Assembly: GCA_022813965.1 (NCBI GenBank)
Contig: JALDZS010000117.1
Location: forward strand, 1-64,000
Length of the DNA stretch: 64,000 nucleotides
Origin: Toensbergia leucococca
Taxonomy: Eukaryota
Direction: 5' to 3'
This document shows positions 1-14,260 of the stretch, one piece after another (position 1 is the first letter of the stretch; every line of letters starts with the position of its first letter). The notes beneath the pieces are model-generated. The model was not told the origin of the DNA, made no database searches, and worked only from the letters and a program-made list of their open reading frames with translations. The position numbers and the translations under genes are program-made.

Positions 1-3000
1 GACGGACAGTGCGTCGTTGGGAAGGTACTCATGGAGCTTGAAATCCGGGGCTTGAGATCGGTAAAGGCGCGGAATTGATCACGTAGGCTGCGTGGAACCA
101 GGCTGGCTGAAAGAGCAACAACGCCAGGATGTGCTAAAGGATCAAGCAACACAAGGGGTCGGGTGAATTGAATACGCTGCTAGTTGCAAGTGGAACAAGG
201 CTGCTCTGTTGGAACTGGGGGAAATGTATAAGAGAAAAGACAGTGTCGATTTGGGAATGTGTTGATGGTGGAGTCTTCTGATGCTGGGAGAGCATGGATC
301 TAGGGACTAGTATCTAGAAACTTGGAAAGTACTCCCTGATCCCCATAGCATGAGAGTTTCCCTTTTTCTGTTGTCATCTGCTAGGTCCCGGCACTGGAAC
401 AACTTGCGGAGAGGACCACAATATAATTGGCTTTGATACTGTTAGCGGCAGGGTTTTCGCAGTGGCTTTAAGATTTTCAATTTGACATCGTGTTGCATAC
501 GTTCATCCAATACTCAGCACAAGAACTTGGATATGCAGGAGAAATATGTTTTGCAATTTTTGTGGGGTATTCTTAGAGATTGGTTTTCAATTCTCTGATG
601 CTGCTTTAGTCCAGCCCCTCGGTCCCATCTGTCTGTCCTGCATCTATGAGCATGATCAAGGTAGACGCCCCAAAAACCCCGACCTGTGGACTGTTGTAGT
701 TCACATGGTCTTGTGTGTGGCTAAAACTGCCCACCTAATGCCCACGCACGTATCTATACAAACACGACAGCGAGAGAAGCACTGGCATGGACAGTAGGAG
801 CAACGCACAGTGAGAGTAAGCTTAGATGGGTAATGAATGGGGGTTGATCTTACCAGCCAAGCTTTTACTATTTTTTTGGGGTTCAGGCGGCTGTCTTTGC
901 GACTCTCGAGTGGGTGATCATGGACGCTTCTTGGAATATATGGGCTGCGGGGACTGGGTTTTCGGGAATTCAACTTTCGAGAATGCTTGGCCTGTTGGAC
1001 TGGGGTTCTGAGAGGAAGTTGTCAGGGAGGATGAGGCTTATGTGGTTTCTTTTGAGAATATTGGAAGAGGATAGGAGGATCTCTAGAAAAAGCGTCGAGG
1101 GTAAATTCTGGGACGGCGGGTGTTTGTGGTGCGAGGAGTGCAGGACTTGGGTGCTGTTTTTGCGAGAAGATTGAATGGAGAATGCTGGTGCGTGACGCCG
1201 AGTCTGACGCAGTGGAAGTGGAGACTTGTTGAATATAGGTTTTATTCGCTGCCGTGTATTGTGTGATGACCCTTTGGTTTCTCGCAGGCACTGGTGCCGT
1301 CTTGGCTGGCCCTCTTCCTGAAGCGTGATTGAGCGGGCGGAATGGGGGATGAGGAATGGATAGCGCTAGGTGATAGTGTGGGCTTTGACTCGATATGTTC
1401 GTCAGCGCCATCTGTGAAAGTGGGATGGTCTGTTGTTCTCTCTAGTACTGACATCTTATCCGCCATACAAAGAGCGAGATTCCTTGTCTTCGTCCAGTGC
1501 ACGTCTCTTGAGTACGAGTACGGACAGCTGTTTACGTCAGCACTCACTACTGTGATAATTTTCGCGTCACTTCCAACGCCTCTCACTCGGGTATGTAGCC
1601 ATCTAGTTGTCATGTTATCCTCTATCTACATGATATATAGACTCTCTCCATTACAGATCGTACTCGAGCTGGCTTTCAGCAAGGAGGCCAGAGATATTCG
1701 CGAGCTTCTTGGAGGAGTATGGCGGGCTGTATCGATAGATGATCTGAAGCGTAAGAGTGGAAGGTGATTGAGGGTATGGAGCGAGGTGCGTTGTAGATCA
1801 GTTGGTTGAAAGGATCGAAAAGGTGTGAAGAATCGTGTCTTCTGGACGGCGGGCGCATCACATACTCAAGTAACATATCAAGAAACCTGATTCGAATGTG
1901 AAGGGGTGCGGACTCGGTAATTGTGGCGGTCCTAACGCATGGCCAATGTTGTGCATTGCCGTGGAAAGAAAGTGTGCGTGGCAAATTCTATGGGAATTTA
2001 TAGTCAAAGCCTGTTGATAATGGGGAGATTCCGCACGATCGGCTTCGTCCCGGCTTCATGGAGTTTCCAGTGTGGGAGACGCTCGAGAAGTGTGCGATGG
2101 TTTGTCGGTGTGCCTCCCCACGATCGATGTGCGGTATTTCCGTTGCTTCACCTCGATTTCCATATTGTCGAGTGTCAGCAAGATGGCCGGCATCTTTTCA
2201 TTTCCTGTTGCCTGATTTCTCGACGTCTTCGGGGCTGTGATAGACAGTGAATGCGCCGGGTAGCATTCGGATTCTGTAGAGAGCTGGGGAATAGGCGTTT
2301 TGGCTAATAAGCTCACCCTGTACATCATCATTTTCAGTGATATCTTCCTGGGTGTCTCAACTATTTCCCAATCCATCTTTTTGTGTATTCTGTTCTTTCC
2401 AGTCTGACAAATTCGTCTCGTCTCCCTCTTCCCAACCTCTTCTCTATCCATCAAATCTCAGATGTAATCCACTCATCCTTGCTAATTTTCAAGCCAACAG
2501 TTTACAACGTCTAGCTTGTAGCGAAATATGTGTCGCAGTACTGTGTTCCAGTTTCCGGTATAGCAGGGTCATCCTGGTGGAAGCGTAGCTTTGGTTGTCA
2601 AGGGTGTTCAATTGTAGGTCTGGAAGTAGAGTGTTCCTGCAAGTCGGAAGGCGATAGGATAGAAGTATCAATGGGCAGTCCTTGTTACATATAGGAGGTA
2701 TCCAATGGTCGGCTGGCATTCTTCCCTGCTCATGACTTAAAGAGCAAAACACCTGGTTCATGGCGCTCGATACATTGACCCGCAATTCCTGAGACCGATG
2801 GCATGTTGTAGAACCTGACAACCTCAATACCAGGGTTGAGCACACTGGATGCTTTACCTCCTTTGCGTACTGTACGCCAATTTTGACTTGGTGACTCGGC
2901 TTCAAGAACAAGTCTTGCTTCATCCTATCTGCTTCCTATCGAATAGCCGCGCTGCTGGAAATTCGGCAAAGCGTAGGCAAGTCTCTGGAAGTTCAAGCTG

Positions 3001-3755
3001 CACTGAGCTTTGGAGGGAGCATTGAGCTTCTCGTAAGGCTCTGACCTAGAAAAATCTCTGTCTTGTCAGCTTCATGTCAGGACTTCAAGAAGTGTTATCA
3101 CGCTCACTATAAGTGGGCATTCTGGTATACTCCAAAAGCATCGTATAAGGAAACAAAACGGACGGATATGGCAAATAAGTATATTAGATGGGAAACCATG
3201 GCTTCGAAGGGAGTGCCAGTACGAATGTTTTGAGACCCAGAACATACACGTAACGACCGAAGACTCCAATAAGATTGGCCGACATTTAAATCTGTATAGA
3301 CAACAACGCCGAATCCTGCAGAAACTCCAAGTCCGCCTTGATCTCGCTATTACTCTACAGAAGCATAGTCCCCGTTCCCTGTGACGTCGCCCGGCGACTC
3401 GGATTTTGGAGGGCAAAAGGTCCAGTGAGAAGAAGTAAAGATGACGACTTTTCCGAGTGTGAGCTGGGTAACTAACACAGAAAGTCGTGGGTAATTGCTG
3501 ACCAAACCGGAATGACTTCAGGACCTTTCAAGTCCATCAAGCCTGGTCCCAATACCAGAATGTACTTAGAACGATATATAAGTTGCAGAGTTCTTTCATG
3601 CTATTTAGTATTACAACAAATTATACTACCCCCTGACACATAGCCCAATGCCCGTACTCTCAGGCTTCGTTCGTCGTCAAGGCAAAGTGCATCGTCTCTC
3701 GCTTCGTGGTGTCAGAGAATTCTTGATACACCACCCGTTGGACCCGTCAACGGCA

Positions 3756-5132
3756 TTATTGTCGTCCAGCACTCGGATACATTAGAGATGGATCATTTCC
3801 ACCATAATGCGGGCCTACGCCGTCTGCTTGCGCTTTCGCCAGCTGCACCGGATCCGAGTACCATCCGTGGATTTCTGGTGCCTTATTCATAGGCGAATGA
3901 TCTGGGAGAGAATTCCAAGCTGGAGGTAAGCCGTAATGATGCATGGGCTGGCTTGAGATTGGTGCTGAGAGAGGGGTTGGTTGAACCTCGGAGATAGAGG
4001 TATTGGAAGAGTTGGCACTTGTCTGGAGAGAAGGCGGTTGCAGGTCCGACGCGCGTCGACGGGGATCATGCTGAAACGTCTGGTGGTAATGATTTTGGTA
4101 GTTTGAGAGGTCGTGGACTTGACTGAACGACAGTGATCGAGGAGGCACTTGCCACCCAGCGTCTTCTCGTGACCCGCTAAATGGAGCGAAAGCTCCGCCA
4201 TGTTCCCGAGGATGCTGTGCTGATGAGGTTGGCCTTCCTACAAAGGGCGGAGAGAAGACGGTGGTTATAGGAGAATGGGAAAGTTTCCAGTAGGCGGTGG
4301 ATGGATCCTCTGGCGGAATATGGCTGACGGGAGTTTGACTATGATCGATAAAGTGAGGTGTCCATGGCGATCGATCCTGAGGTGGTGGAAACTCATATGG
4401 TCTCGAACTACTTGAAGCTATATATACACATAAGCTTGGACAGAATAGAAAATGCGTGGAGGTTGAGTTGCAAACCTCTACTCGGCGGCGAAAGAATACC
4501 TCCATTCAGGGCGGTAGTCGTTGGAGGGTATTCCTGGCCAGGAAGAGGGAGTGGGCTATACGGGTTAAATTGATCGACTTGATCAACCACACGACCTCCA
4601 ACTAGATTTGATGACGGCGACGATGAATTTGACACATGACCAGATTTCATCTCAGACTTGGATGCCGTTCGAGGTGTTCGTTCCGGTTGCTGGTCCACGG
4701 GGAAGAAATTGCATTCCTTCTTCAACCGGATACAGTTCGAGCAACGGTTTCGGGCATCATCCGGGGCCAGCAAACAACGTATTTTACGCCTTCTACAATG
4801 TCCTGCGACATCTAGAATTAGGCTTGAACGTGGAAGATGGGGAAAGAGCACATACCGCAAGCAACAGACGTTCGGTGATACCCCAGCTTATTGCGTCTTC
4901 GATCAGCCATAGACATTCCCGCATCGCCACCTGCAAATCCTCCTACATTCTGTACTGTAGCGAAACGTTTGACAGAAGAAGTAGCCATGCTTTTGGGCGA
5001 TCTTCGTCGTTTCTTGCTGGTGGTTGGAGCGGTCGTGATAGGTACTGACTGTTGTAATGCTAATGAAACGACATTGCCGTGCTTGATCAACGAGGACGAA
5101 GGCTCCGGCGCACTCGTCGAAGACGCTTGCAT
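3756..5132 (-). CDS. Zn(II)2Cys6 fungal transcription factor (3 exons; introns 4803-4855 and 4418-4475)
   Basis: Splicing GTATGT..CAG joins RRRNKLGYHRTSVACG to HCRRRKIRCLLAPDDARNRCSNCIRLKKECNF, a complete C6 binuclear cluster. A second GT..AG intron joins the Pro/Ser-rich C-terminal ORF ending at 3756. Start ATG uncertain (5132 or 4988, or an upstream exon). Confidence 0.85.
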
Positions 5133-8100
5133 TACTTTGACCAAGCCAGGCTATGATTGGTTTATCTCTTGTACCCGCACCACCTCCTATAGTGGATGTT
5201 GAATGGTTGGAGTTAGGTGTTGTATTGAAGTTTCAGCCTGAATCTTCACCCCGCAACCCAATATAGAACGTTTCTCAAGCATGCGCCGCAGATTCTTTAC
5301 AAGCAGTGTTTCCAGTCTCTTTCCCTACACATCAACCGAGATGTTTGAAGTCGCCGGGAGTGTGTTGGTGTATGGGGTGCATCCAAGTGGGGAGGAAGGC
5401 AAACATTGGAATCAACAAAACGACGCCTGCAGCAGGTGACAGTACATGTGTAGATGTAAGTTAGGTGCTCAGATCCGTGCTAAGCCATGTAGGGTAGCGG
5501 CGGGGGGGCAAGTATCGTTGATAAAAATCATCCAGGCCGTTCGTGGCCTGGCGCAAGTGCACGCGAGGGAGGATGCCTGCTACACGCTTTTACAACAGTA
5601 GAATAGTTCAAGAAGATGCAGATGGTGGATATTGCACCGTTTCGAAGTGGAATGGAAGCATCAGGAAACAGGTAGTGACCGACAAGGTCGTAGAGGCACA
5701 GGCCGAGGTGCAGCAGTTAGCTCGAGTTGAAACGGATCAGCGCGACAATCAACGTCAGATAAAGGCCCATGAAGGGGGACTATTATCCGGTGCCATGTGC
5801 GTTGGGGCTTGGGAGTACCAAGCAGCAAGGTCCATGATGACTACAGAACCAACGGCGCCGCTTGTCGTCTCCCGCCGTGGATTGGTTCCCACAACTCGGC
5901 CCCGTCGCAATGCTTGCCTGTCGGGCCTGCACATCTTGCTCCAAGGGAGTAAGGCTTACCTGACGGGGGGGATGATCCTTTGCTGCTGAGCTACTGAGCT
6001 ACTGATTAAACATATGCTGCTTCCCACAGCGTCAGCAACGGTGTGGTTTGCGAGCACAGGGGGCACGAACGCAAGCTCACCGTCGAGCAACTGGACGAGG
6101 CTTGTCTTGGGTTTTGCTGCTCTCGTCTATCTAGCCGGCGTCGAGCCCGTCTGCAATCGGATTGCGCTTCTCCCTGATTATTGGGCCAGGCGGCAAGTCG
6201 ACTGTCGACTGGTCGAGAGTGCTGGCTCCTCCTGGATTTGCCCTACCAGTCCCACAAGCCCCAAGCCACTGCCGCCAGCGCCGTCGCTCTCCATTGGTGG
6301 CTAGCAGCTTGGCCAGCTAGGACATGTGCCACGCCAAGCGTGGGCAGGGTCTACCTTGACTCGCCCCATTTTCTTGCCCATTCTCGGGGAATTTCCGTCG
6401 TAGCCCTACGCATGGCGAGTGAGGTGAGAGTTCCATCGGGCCCATGGCCATGTGTTTTTGACGGCAGTATATCCGACACCATGGAAACTTTGTCAAAGCG
6501 TGTCCGACGACTCGGAGATCTACAGTACCACGTGAACGGAGAATTGCGAGTGATGACCATTGACCGCTGGCGGCTAGAATACGGCTCGAGCCAGTGGGCA
6601 GGCATCGCGTGTAGCCCCTGGGTCGTAGGTAGGTAGCCAGGTAGCCAATGAGCCACCAGCCATGATGAACACGATCTGCCCCCCAGGCTAAAAGAGCGCG
6701 GGGCCCATCATGCAGCCTGTTCAGCCTCGAAGTCCTGAAGGTTGATGAAGACGACTGTTTATCGTATTCTACCCCTTGTACGACGACGACATCGGAGATC
6801 GATTGGTGCGCTAGTAAGCCATTGCTCGGAAGCCTGGAGTCATTTGGCCCACATTCAGCAATTGAGCAGCATCATGGCAGCTCATGGTAGTAGAAGGGCC
6901 GACACCAGGGCATTCTAGGAATCTAGGATACGGGGACTAGAGATCACGACGTTGAATTCAGCTTGAGTTGAACCAATGAGAATGGTGGACAGGCGAAAGC
7001 ACCTCCCTCTCGTGGCCGAGATCTTCGCAATCTGATATGATCCTAGTCGCTGCTCCCTGCCCTCCAGAATATCCTCGTCTTCGCCGTCGCCTCGATTACG
7101 ACTATCTCCCTGCCATCGCACCGTGTTTAGCGAGCATGACACCCAATCCGTATTCATGCCGATTACGATCATCTCACTTCTCTCGCTTCTCTCACTTTTC
7201 ACTTTCCTCACTTCTCCCCTTCAATTTGAGACGACCTTAAGCGAGAACGCAGCATGGTTCGTTCCCATTGATCGACCCCTGCCTGCCGACTTTCCGAGTT
7301 TGTGGTAGAACTAGAGTACTCTAGGCGTCATTCTTGGTCTTCAAGCTTTGGTACCTTGCAGACACACAACTCGCAGTTTCCACCTCGGACCACGCCATCT
7401 TACAGACTACCTTAGCCATCCTTGGGACGAAGTTTTCGATCTGCCCGCCATCATTCTCCCATTCCCAGCGCAACGGATATGCTCCCAGCTCCCAGCTCCC
7501 GGTTCCCGACCCGGGGAAAGTCCCGCTCGGGACGAGGAGGGCGATTAATCGGCTAGAGCACCTACGTAGAACATACTGAGAAACCAAGTTCTTAGGCTTT
7601 TCTATTTGCCACGAAGAAAATGACCTGCTGTACTATGACTTGATAGATTACGACCCATTAGAGGCCCATCGAGCGATCCGAATCGAGTAACGATGATCTT
7701 ACGTCGTTTAAGTACTTTAGGCAGGTAAGGTAGTCGAAGTTAGCATTCACCAAGAACGTGGCATCCATTCGTCGATCGACATCCTTTTCCACGCGACCTT
7801 TGCCCTAACCCTCTGAGTCTAACCCTCCATCCCTCCATCCCTCGGTCATGGAAACCATGCAGACACATGGCTGATCGGCATTGCGATCGCCCATTATGAC
7901 ACCCAAACCCTCAACACTTTGGGTTTCATTCAACAACACCATCGCCAACTACACGTAATATCCAAGGAATCGATTGCACTGGTGGCAAATCTTAGTCACC
8001 TATCTACTTTGGCAGTCTTCGCTAAGGTACTGCTGCATGATTTCATCACTTCACTAGTGATCAGCGTGCTACAATCTACTTGTCCACTCCTCCAATCATC

Positions 8101-11100
8101 ATCCAAGCACCACTCGCACCCCCACCTCGTTTCACCATCAAACGGTGCACCGCCTCGCAGCCTCTCCTGCATCATCTTTCCTCGTTTGCTTCTTAGGAAA
8201 AACCTTCTCTGTCTCTAGTCATTTCCTTTGTCGTCTGTCGCCAATCCTCTTACAACTAGCTTGCTAATTGGCAGTTTCGTTCATTACAGACTTGCTATCT
8301 CCACATCTTGAAACAAATCAATAGTGCTCAGATTGAAATCGGAATGATCTTCAATTTTTACCATTGTGCGAGGAGAAGTACAATCCAACTAAAACTGCGC
8401 ATGAATGGCGCAGCTACCCCTCCCCAACAGCCACTTTAACCTTCATCCCACATTCTACAGGCCCAAGATCGGCATCAAATCCTCGACCCTACAATTGACT
8501 ACTTCTACACGTAACCGGATCTGGCTTAAACATTTGCAATTCGCTGCCCCGTGAGACTGCTGTCGATTCACTACGATTACTGCTGCATACGAACCTTGAC
8601 GTTCGAGCAGATTTCTCAAAACTCGCTTGTCCCAGTCCATGTATTCGCCAGCCATCACGCGTTAGGCTCTACACATGTCAAAATTGGGGCATGGTCCCGA
8701 TGATCGACCCTCGAAATGCTTCTTGATTCGTGTTGATTCGGTCTCGAACATTGGGCTATCTCTGTTGTCCCAAAGATGTTGTTGGTCTTGAGTGTCAACT
8801 TAATCATTCAATACTGCCGCCGTAGTAATCTGTGCACTCGAGGCAGATATCTTGAATTTATGTTGTTACTGGGATTGCGTGGGGCAAAGATGCAGGGAAC
8901 GCACGAAAGTTGGAGTGAAATAGGAAGGACGAGTGGGATAACAGTTCCCCTAGATAATATTCTTGGATTAACGGCTAACCACGATTGATGCTTACAACAG
9001 CTTAATTTCTCTACCACGCTATAACAGTGACAGTGTTATTGCTTTTTCTTGGGCGGAAGATGACCCGACAAACCCGTTCCAATCGAGGCCCCTCTGTCTT
9101 GCTTTTCCCAGCTCAAGCCGAATAAAGGGGTCTGTTGGAGAGGCACTCGGTTCTTTGGAATTGCAACCATTCCTCAGCTCGATATCATAACAAAGATGAT
9201 TCGCAACCACCGGATATTTGCAGCTCAACTGTGCCAGAACTCTACTTTGTGTAACAGAAGCAACATCCAAGTTTTGAAACACTACCCCGAAAGACAGACG
9301 CAACGTGTCACCTAGCTAGTCTTCTATACTTAAGAGATTTTAGAGAAGCAAATTGTGACGCGTCTTTCAATCCAGAGAAGGCATCTTTAACCCACCGTCC
9401 TACAAGGAGACACTTCATTCTTGTCTAAATGGAACTTTGGACCATGGAAAAAATGGTCCGGCTTCGTGTGGAATTTAGAGTACCTATTAAACAACTCAAG
9501 ATGTTTGATTCATTGCCAAGGCACAGTAAAAGATCTAGGTTTCGAGCGGGTCACTTCCTCATCTTTGCTATAGTTTGCAAGAAGGACTGATTCCTTTGCC
9601 GTAGGGGGGGTTTCTCCTAAAGAGAGTCTTTCGAAGACTCAACTTCAATAGTGCTCTAATGACATGAATGATTCGTTTGAGAAAACATTTAAAAATGGTG
9701 CTGAGGTAACTATCCGAGTACCCCAAAGCCATCAACTCTCTAGGTATTCTAATTCTGCGGTTTGACAGACAGCATTGAACTATGATGGGTTGCCCATATT
9801 AAAGAACAAATAAGGTAGAGCTACTGTATAGCTAGCTGGAAGGATGTACGGTAAAGAAATAATAGTAACTTGACTCAACGCCATTTCCGTTATCTCAGCT
9901 GCTTGTTCATTAATAGTATCGCCATTGTCGTCGTGATGACTTCTTGAATTCAAGGATCAAGCACTCTCCACCTACGAATAGGTAGGAAGGGTGTTTCGCT
10001 TACTCGTAGCAACCCTAGAAACCCAGTCACCTGACATGCCTTAGTGCCTCGTCGACGTCCACCAATGCCTTGAGATATGTCCCTCCCTTTCAACGCTTGG
10101 TGTCTTGGGATCAAGGAGCCGGCAGCTACCCGGTAACATGTCTCATATCTCAGCTGAGCTTCAGCTACTCCTTCTCGGCCTTACCGTACCACGTGGCTGA
10201 ACAGAATCCTTTCAGACTCATAGATTGTCACTCATGCTGTGCAATACTAAAGGACTTCCTCGTACGTTTCGGCTATGTTGTGTGACCCAGCCTGCATTAT
10301 CAAATAGTGCAAGGGAACCTGTACTTTCTAATACCTGACCTCTTTCTTGGGGCGCCAGATAGCGAACCCAGATGAAATTACTTTGATTTATAGGAATCCG
10401 GTAGATCGGACCGGTGTGCAAGGCTCATGTGATCATGCAGAATCAGGTATCATCCTTGGCTGCAAATGGTCAAATGAGAAATGAAAACGAGGTCTCTTCT
10501 TCGACATAATTTACGATCTTTTGAGATCATTACAACATTGTTTGGATGGAAAGGTGTCAAACTCACACCTCAAAACCTAAAAAGTGCTCTTTACAGCACA
10601 TTATCGCATTTCAAAGCTCAGTTCACACTTATATGTCTTTGAATAAATACTCAGTCGTCATCAAGCAGCAGCGTGGCGTTGTGGAAGCGTGGTAAGTCTT
10701 CTTAAGCATCAAGAGTCAGAAGCCGTTCTGATTGATTCATACGAGGAGCCGGGCTCATAACGTATGACTTTCTTATTCATCCTTACTCAAAGTCAATGCA
10801 ATTTATGGGAAGCCGGAGGTCGTGGGATCGAAACGAAGCGTTGCTACAACTATTCGAGTTTCTTTTGCAATTTTCCCCTTTCTCCTGTTTGATACAACAG
10901 AATGCTCCAGGATAGTATATGCTATTGTAAGTTTCGCTTCAAAGTCTTCCACGAAGTTATGCATGTTGCGCACTGCCTCTAGAGCAACGAATTATGTTGG
11001 CTATGGAGTGCTATATTTACTACCACAATTATCTTCTCTGGGCAATGAGTATTTTACAACCTTCTTTACAGCTATCAAGTACTTGAATGTTGCGTCGAAG

Positions 11101-11420
11101 ATTATGAGATACTAAAAAGCAAGCCATAGGCTTCTACAACTTCAATATGACCACTAAGCCAGCCTCGGTGTTGGTTTATTCAATGCTTCCCATGTCACAG
11201 GTCCAGGCGACCTTTCACATCAAATGAGGATCATGAGAAACCAAGATTCATGTGAATATCAGATGCAAGATTTAGAAGCGCTTTTTGATTGAATCATGCT
11301 TTTGAACCACATAATTTCGGATCTTGATAGAGAACAGTGAGCTACCCTTTTTCCAAATACATCAAGATACCTATACAGCTACAGCCTGAGCCTTCTCATG
11401 TGTCAAGATGTCCTTCACAA

Positions 11421-12457
11421 TTACCTCAGCAGATTCCACCATCCTTTCCAATTGGTACTGAAAACCTCGTCAGATTTCGACAAGTCATACTTTGCCATGG
11501 GAACCGGCCAGTCATCACCTTTGCCACCGTCGGGAACCCTGGAGCGCAGATCTGGATACTTTGCCCGTACTTTGTTCACCACCCAATTGACACTGATCTT
11601 CCCAGCATGGAAGATGTATCTTGAATATCCTGGCGGGGATAAATCAATCAACTTTACATGGATGTTGGTGATGTTGTCAACATCCTTTGTTCTGAAATCA
11701 GGTATTCTCTCGCAAAGACAATGTTGAGGATGGAGCTTACATGAAGTATGGGCATGTGAAGCCAACGGCGTCACCGTCAAAGACTACTCTGTAATGGATG
11801 ACATTCCACCCATTAGATCCTTTTTCGGGTTGACTCCTTCCTGGATGCCCCGGCCAATGATTGACGGAGCAAGTAAGAAAATCAAATCGAACGCGGGCTT
11901 CTTCATTTCCATATATTGCCAACATTCCAAATCGGAATACGCCTTCAAATAATAATATGCATTTTCAACACTCAAGAGGACTTCTTCGGCTGTAATAGGA
12001 TTAAAATTCTGTTCAGAGTATGTCTTGTCCTTTGAATGATCGCCGGGAAGCTTCGCCACTGACAAGATGCTCCTAGTGATGATAACACACTTTACAGAAG
12101 AGGATCTTGCCGCTGCATCAAGTACGCTCTTGTCTACCGTCTAAGTTGGCTCAGTCATGGACTTGAGGTAGTCGGAGTAAGTGAGACTGAGAGGTGTAGC
12201 GACATGAATGATTGTAGACAACTTTTCGGCAAGGGCATCAAAAGCGTGCGGAACAGTCATGTCCGGTATCTCTGCGAATTCGAGTCTTCCGGAAATAACA
12301 TAGTCTTTGCATTTACGCTCCAAGAACGCTTTGGACTTTTCCATGAACCAAAGAACGGCAACGACGCTGGTTCCGTTGGCAAGGAGATGCTCGAGCACCA
12401 CGGCTCGAATCCAAGGCTTCCAGTACCTTCAGTAAGTAAAACAGATTGATGACACAT
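11421..12457 (-). pseudogene. Gre2-like NAD(P)-dependent epimerase/ketoreductase (extended SDR) pseudogene
   Basis: Fragments VLLTEGTGSLG (degenerate TGxxGxxG), VVLEHLLANG, IPDMTVPHAFD, IIHVATP, YYYLKAYSD (YxxxK-like) and FDLIFLLAPSIIGR lie in different frames. Frameshift near 12405, in-frame TAG at 12141-12143, second frameshift near 11793. Confidence 0.8.
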
Positions 12458-14166
12458 GTTGTCTTTCGCGGCAGTAGGGTTTTTCAAGAGCAGTGGCTTC
12501 TTTCAACCGAGCGTCATGGATTGACTTGCGACTTGTATAAAGGCAGGTTTCAATAATGTCTTGCCTATGTAAGATCAATTTGCTGCAGGATTTAATATCT
12601 ACAGAGCATTGGTCTTTCAACTCTGGGAATCAAATTACTTAACGGAATAGGCTGGACAAGCTTTTGTTTCCATCCAAGCAATTGCTAACCGATCTCTCGC
12701 GCCTCTCGTGTTCTGCGTGTTCCTGCTGACGAGAATTCTCCACTAGTAATCAGCCAATGTTGTGGGCACATTAAACATCGGAGGCCTTGATGACAACGAT
12801 GGCGACGATGCTGACTTCATTTACTGACCTAGCAACCACAAGTCGTTACCTACCTACCTATGCGCAGCCACCAACCTACAAATTACCCTGTGCGCAATAA
12901 AGCAAGATCTTGGCATATCCTACATGCCACCTTTTTCACATCTGAGTGCCTCACCCGCGTCACTGAATACTATCAAGAAGTCTCAGGCCTCAAACCCTAG
13001 AGTGCTTCGCCTGCACAACAAACAGGAACTCAATGCTTAGCCCTTGCGTATAAAGTACCCGAGCACCTCAAGATTACCACCGGAGTCATGATTCGCATCC
13101 TGATATCCGCCGCTGTGACTACTAAACCGGGCGAGGTTGATCATTCTTTCAAATCACCACCCCATACCCCGCAGCTCAAAACGTACGAACCCGAGGCAAG
13201 CTAAGAGGAGCATGCCCGAATGCCCCTATGCCCTCGTCCGAGTGCCTTGACGAATCAGCAGTAGATACCCAAGAGATGCTCAACCCGAAACGTTGCCAGA
13301 CTTGACCCGGCGTATCTCATCGACGCTCCATCAAATCCAGGTCCATCAGCAGCCAAAAAAATCCCACAAATGACACGAAGCATAAAGTGGGATGGGGCCA
13401 GGAAGAGAGCATTTCGGCAGGGTATTTGTTTCTCATCGTTTCACAAGAGGTCATGTAGCTATATTACTGCAGCAAGCATATACAGACGACATCAAAAACC
13501 CAGCCGACCCCCCGATATCCTCAACTTTCTCAGTCATAGAACTGACAGGCTCCTCTTACAGAAGAACCACCTTACAAAGGACCCATCAATCCCCTCACCA
13601 CCGAACCTGCTATGTTTATTTTCAGTTCGAGAATCGCTTGCAATATAAACCCAACAAACAGATAGCCAACCACAAAGAACCGCCTCTCCCCTGCCCTCCA
13701 GTTCATCTTCCCCAGCCCTTCAATCCAGAAATACCAGCCAAAAGCATGCATCAGTAAACAATCAATCCAAATCCACCACACCGGGCCCCTCCAATCTCCT
13801 CGTCCCTTCATCACTGCAACAGAGAAACTGTCAAAACCCGAAAGAAGATAAATCAGCCGCATAAACCCCACAAAACTCACTCCCCAGCAGAACCCCCCCT
13901 CTTAAAATGTCAAAAAAACATCAACATCCCACCCCACCAACCATCCCCACACCCTCCCCTCAAAAATTACAAAGCCAGAACCAACCCCCCCCAAACCCAA
14001 ACCCAAGTCATAATCCCAAATCCCAGCTCCCATCCACTCACCCAACAGCCCCAGAGCAAAACATCAAACCCTAATCCCAGCATCCCAAAAACCGGCACAA
14101 TCAATCAAAAACGCAGAGTCACTTCGCCAGGGGGGGGTTGTGCGGGAATATGTTCCGAATCGACCC

Positions 14167-14260
14167 AGAAGAAGAAGAAGAAGAAGAAGAAAGAAGAAAG
14201 AAGAACGAAGAACGAAGAACGAAGAACGAAGAAAGAAGAAAGAAGAAAGAAGAACCGAAG
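14167..14260 (+). repeat. (GAA)n microsatellite grading into GAAGAAC/GAAGAAA heptamer repeats
   Basis: Read directly: agaagaagaagaag...aagaacgaagaacgaagaacgaagaacgaagaaagaagaaag. Confidence 0.9.

Noticed and set aside
5543..7587. Overlapping 60-150 aa ORFs upstream of the first C6 factor
   Set aside because: No domains or consistent splice structure; likely promoter or leader sequence.
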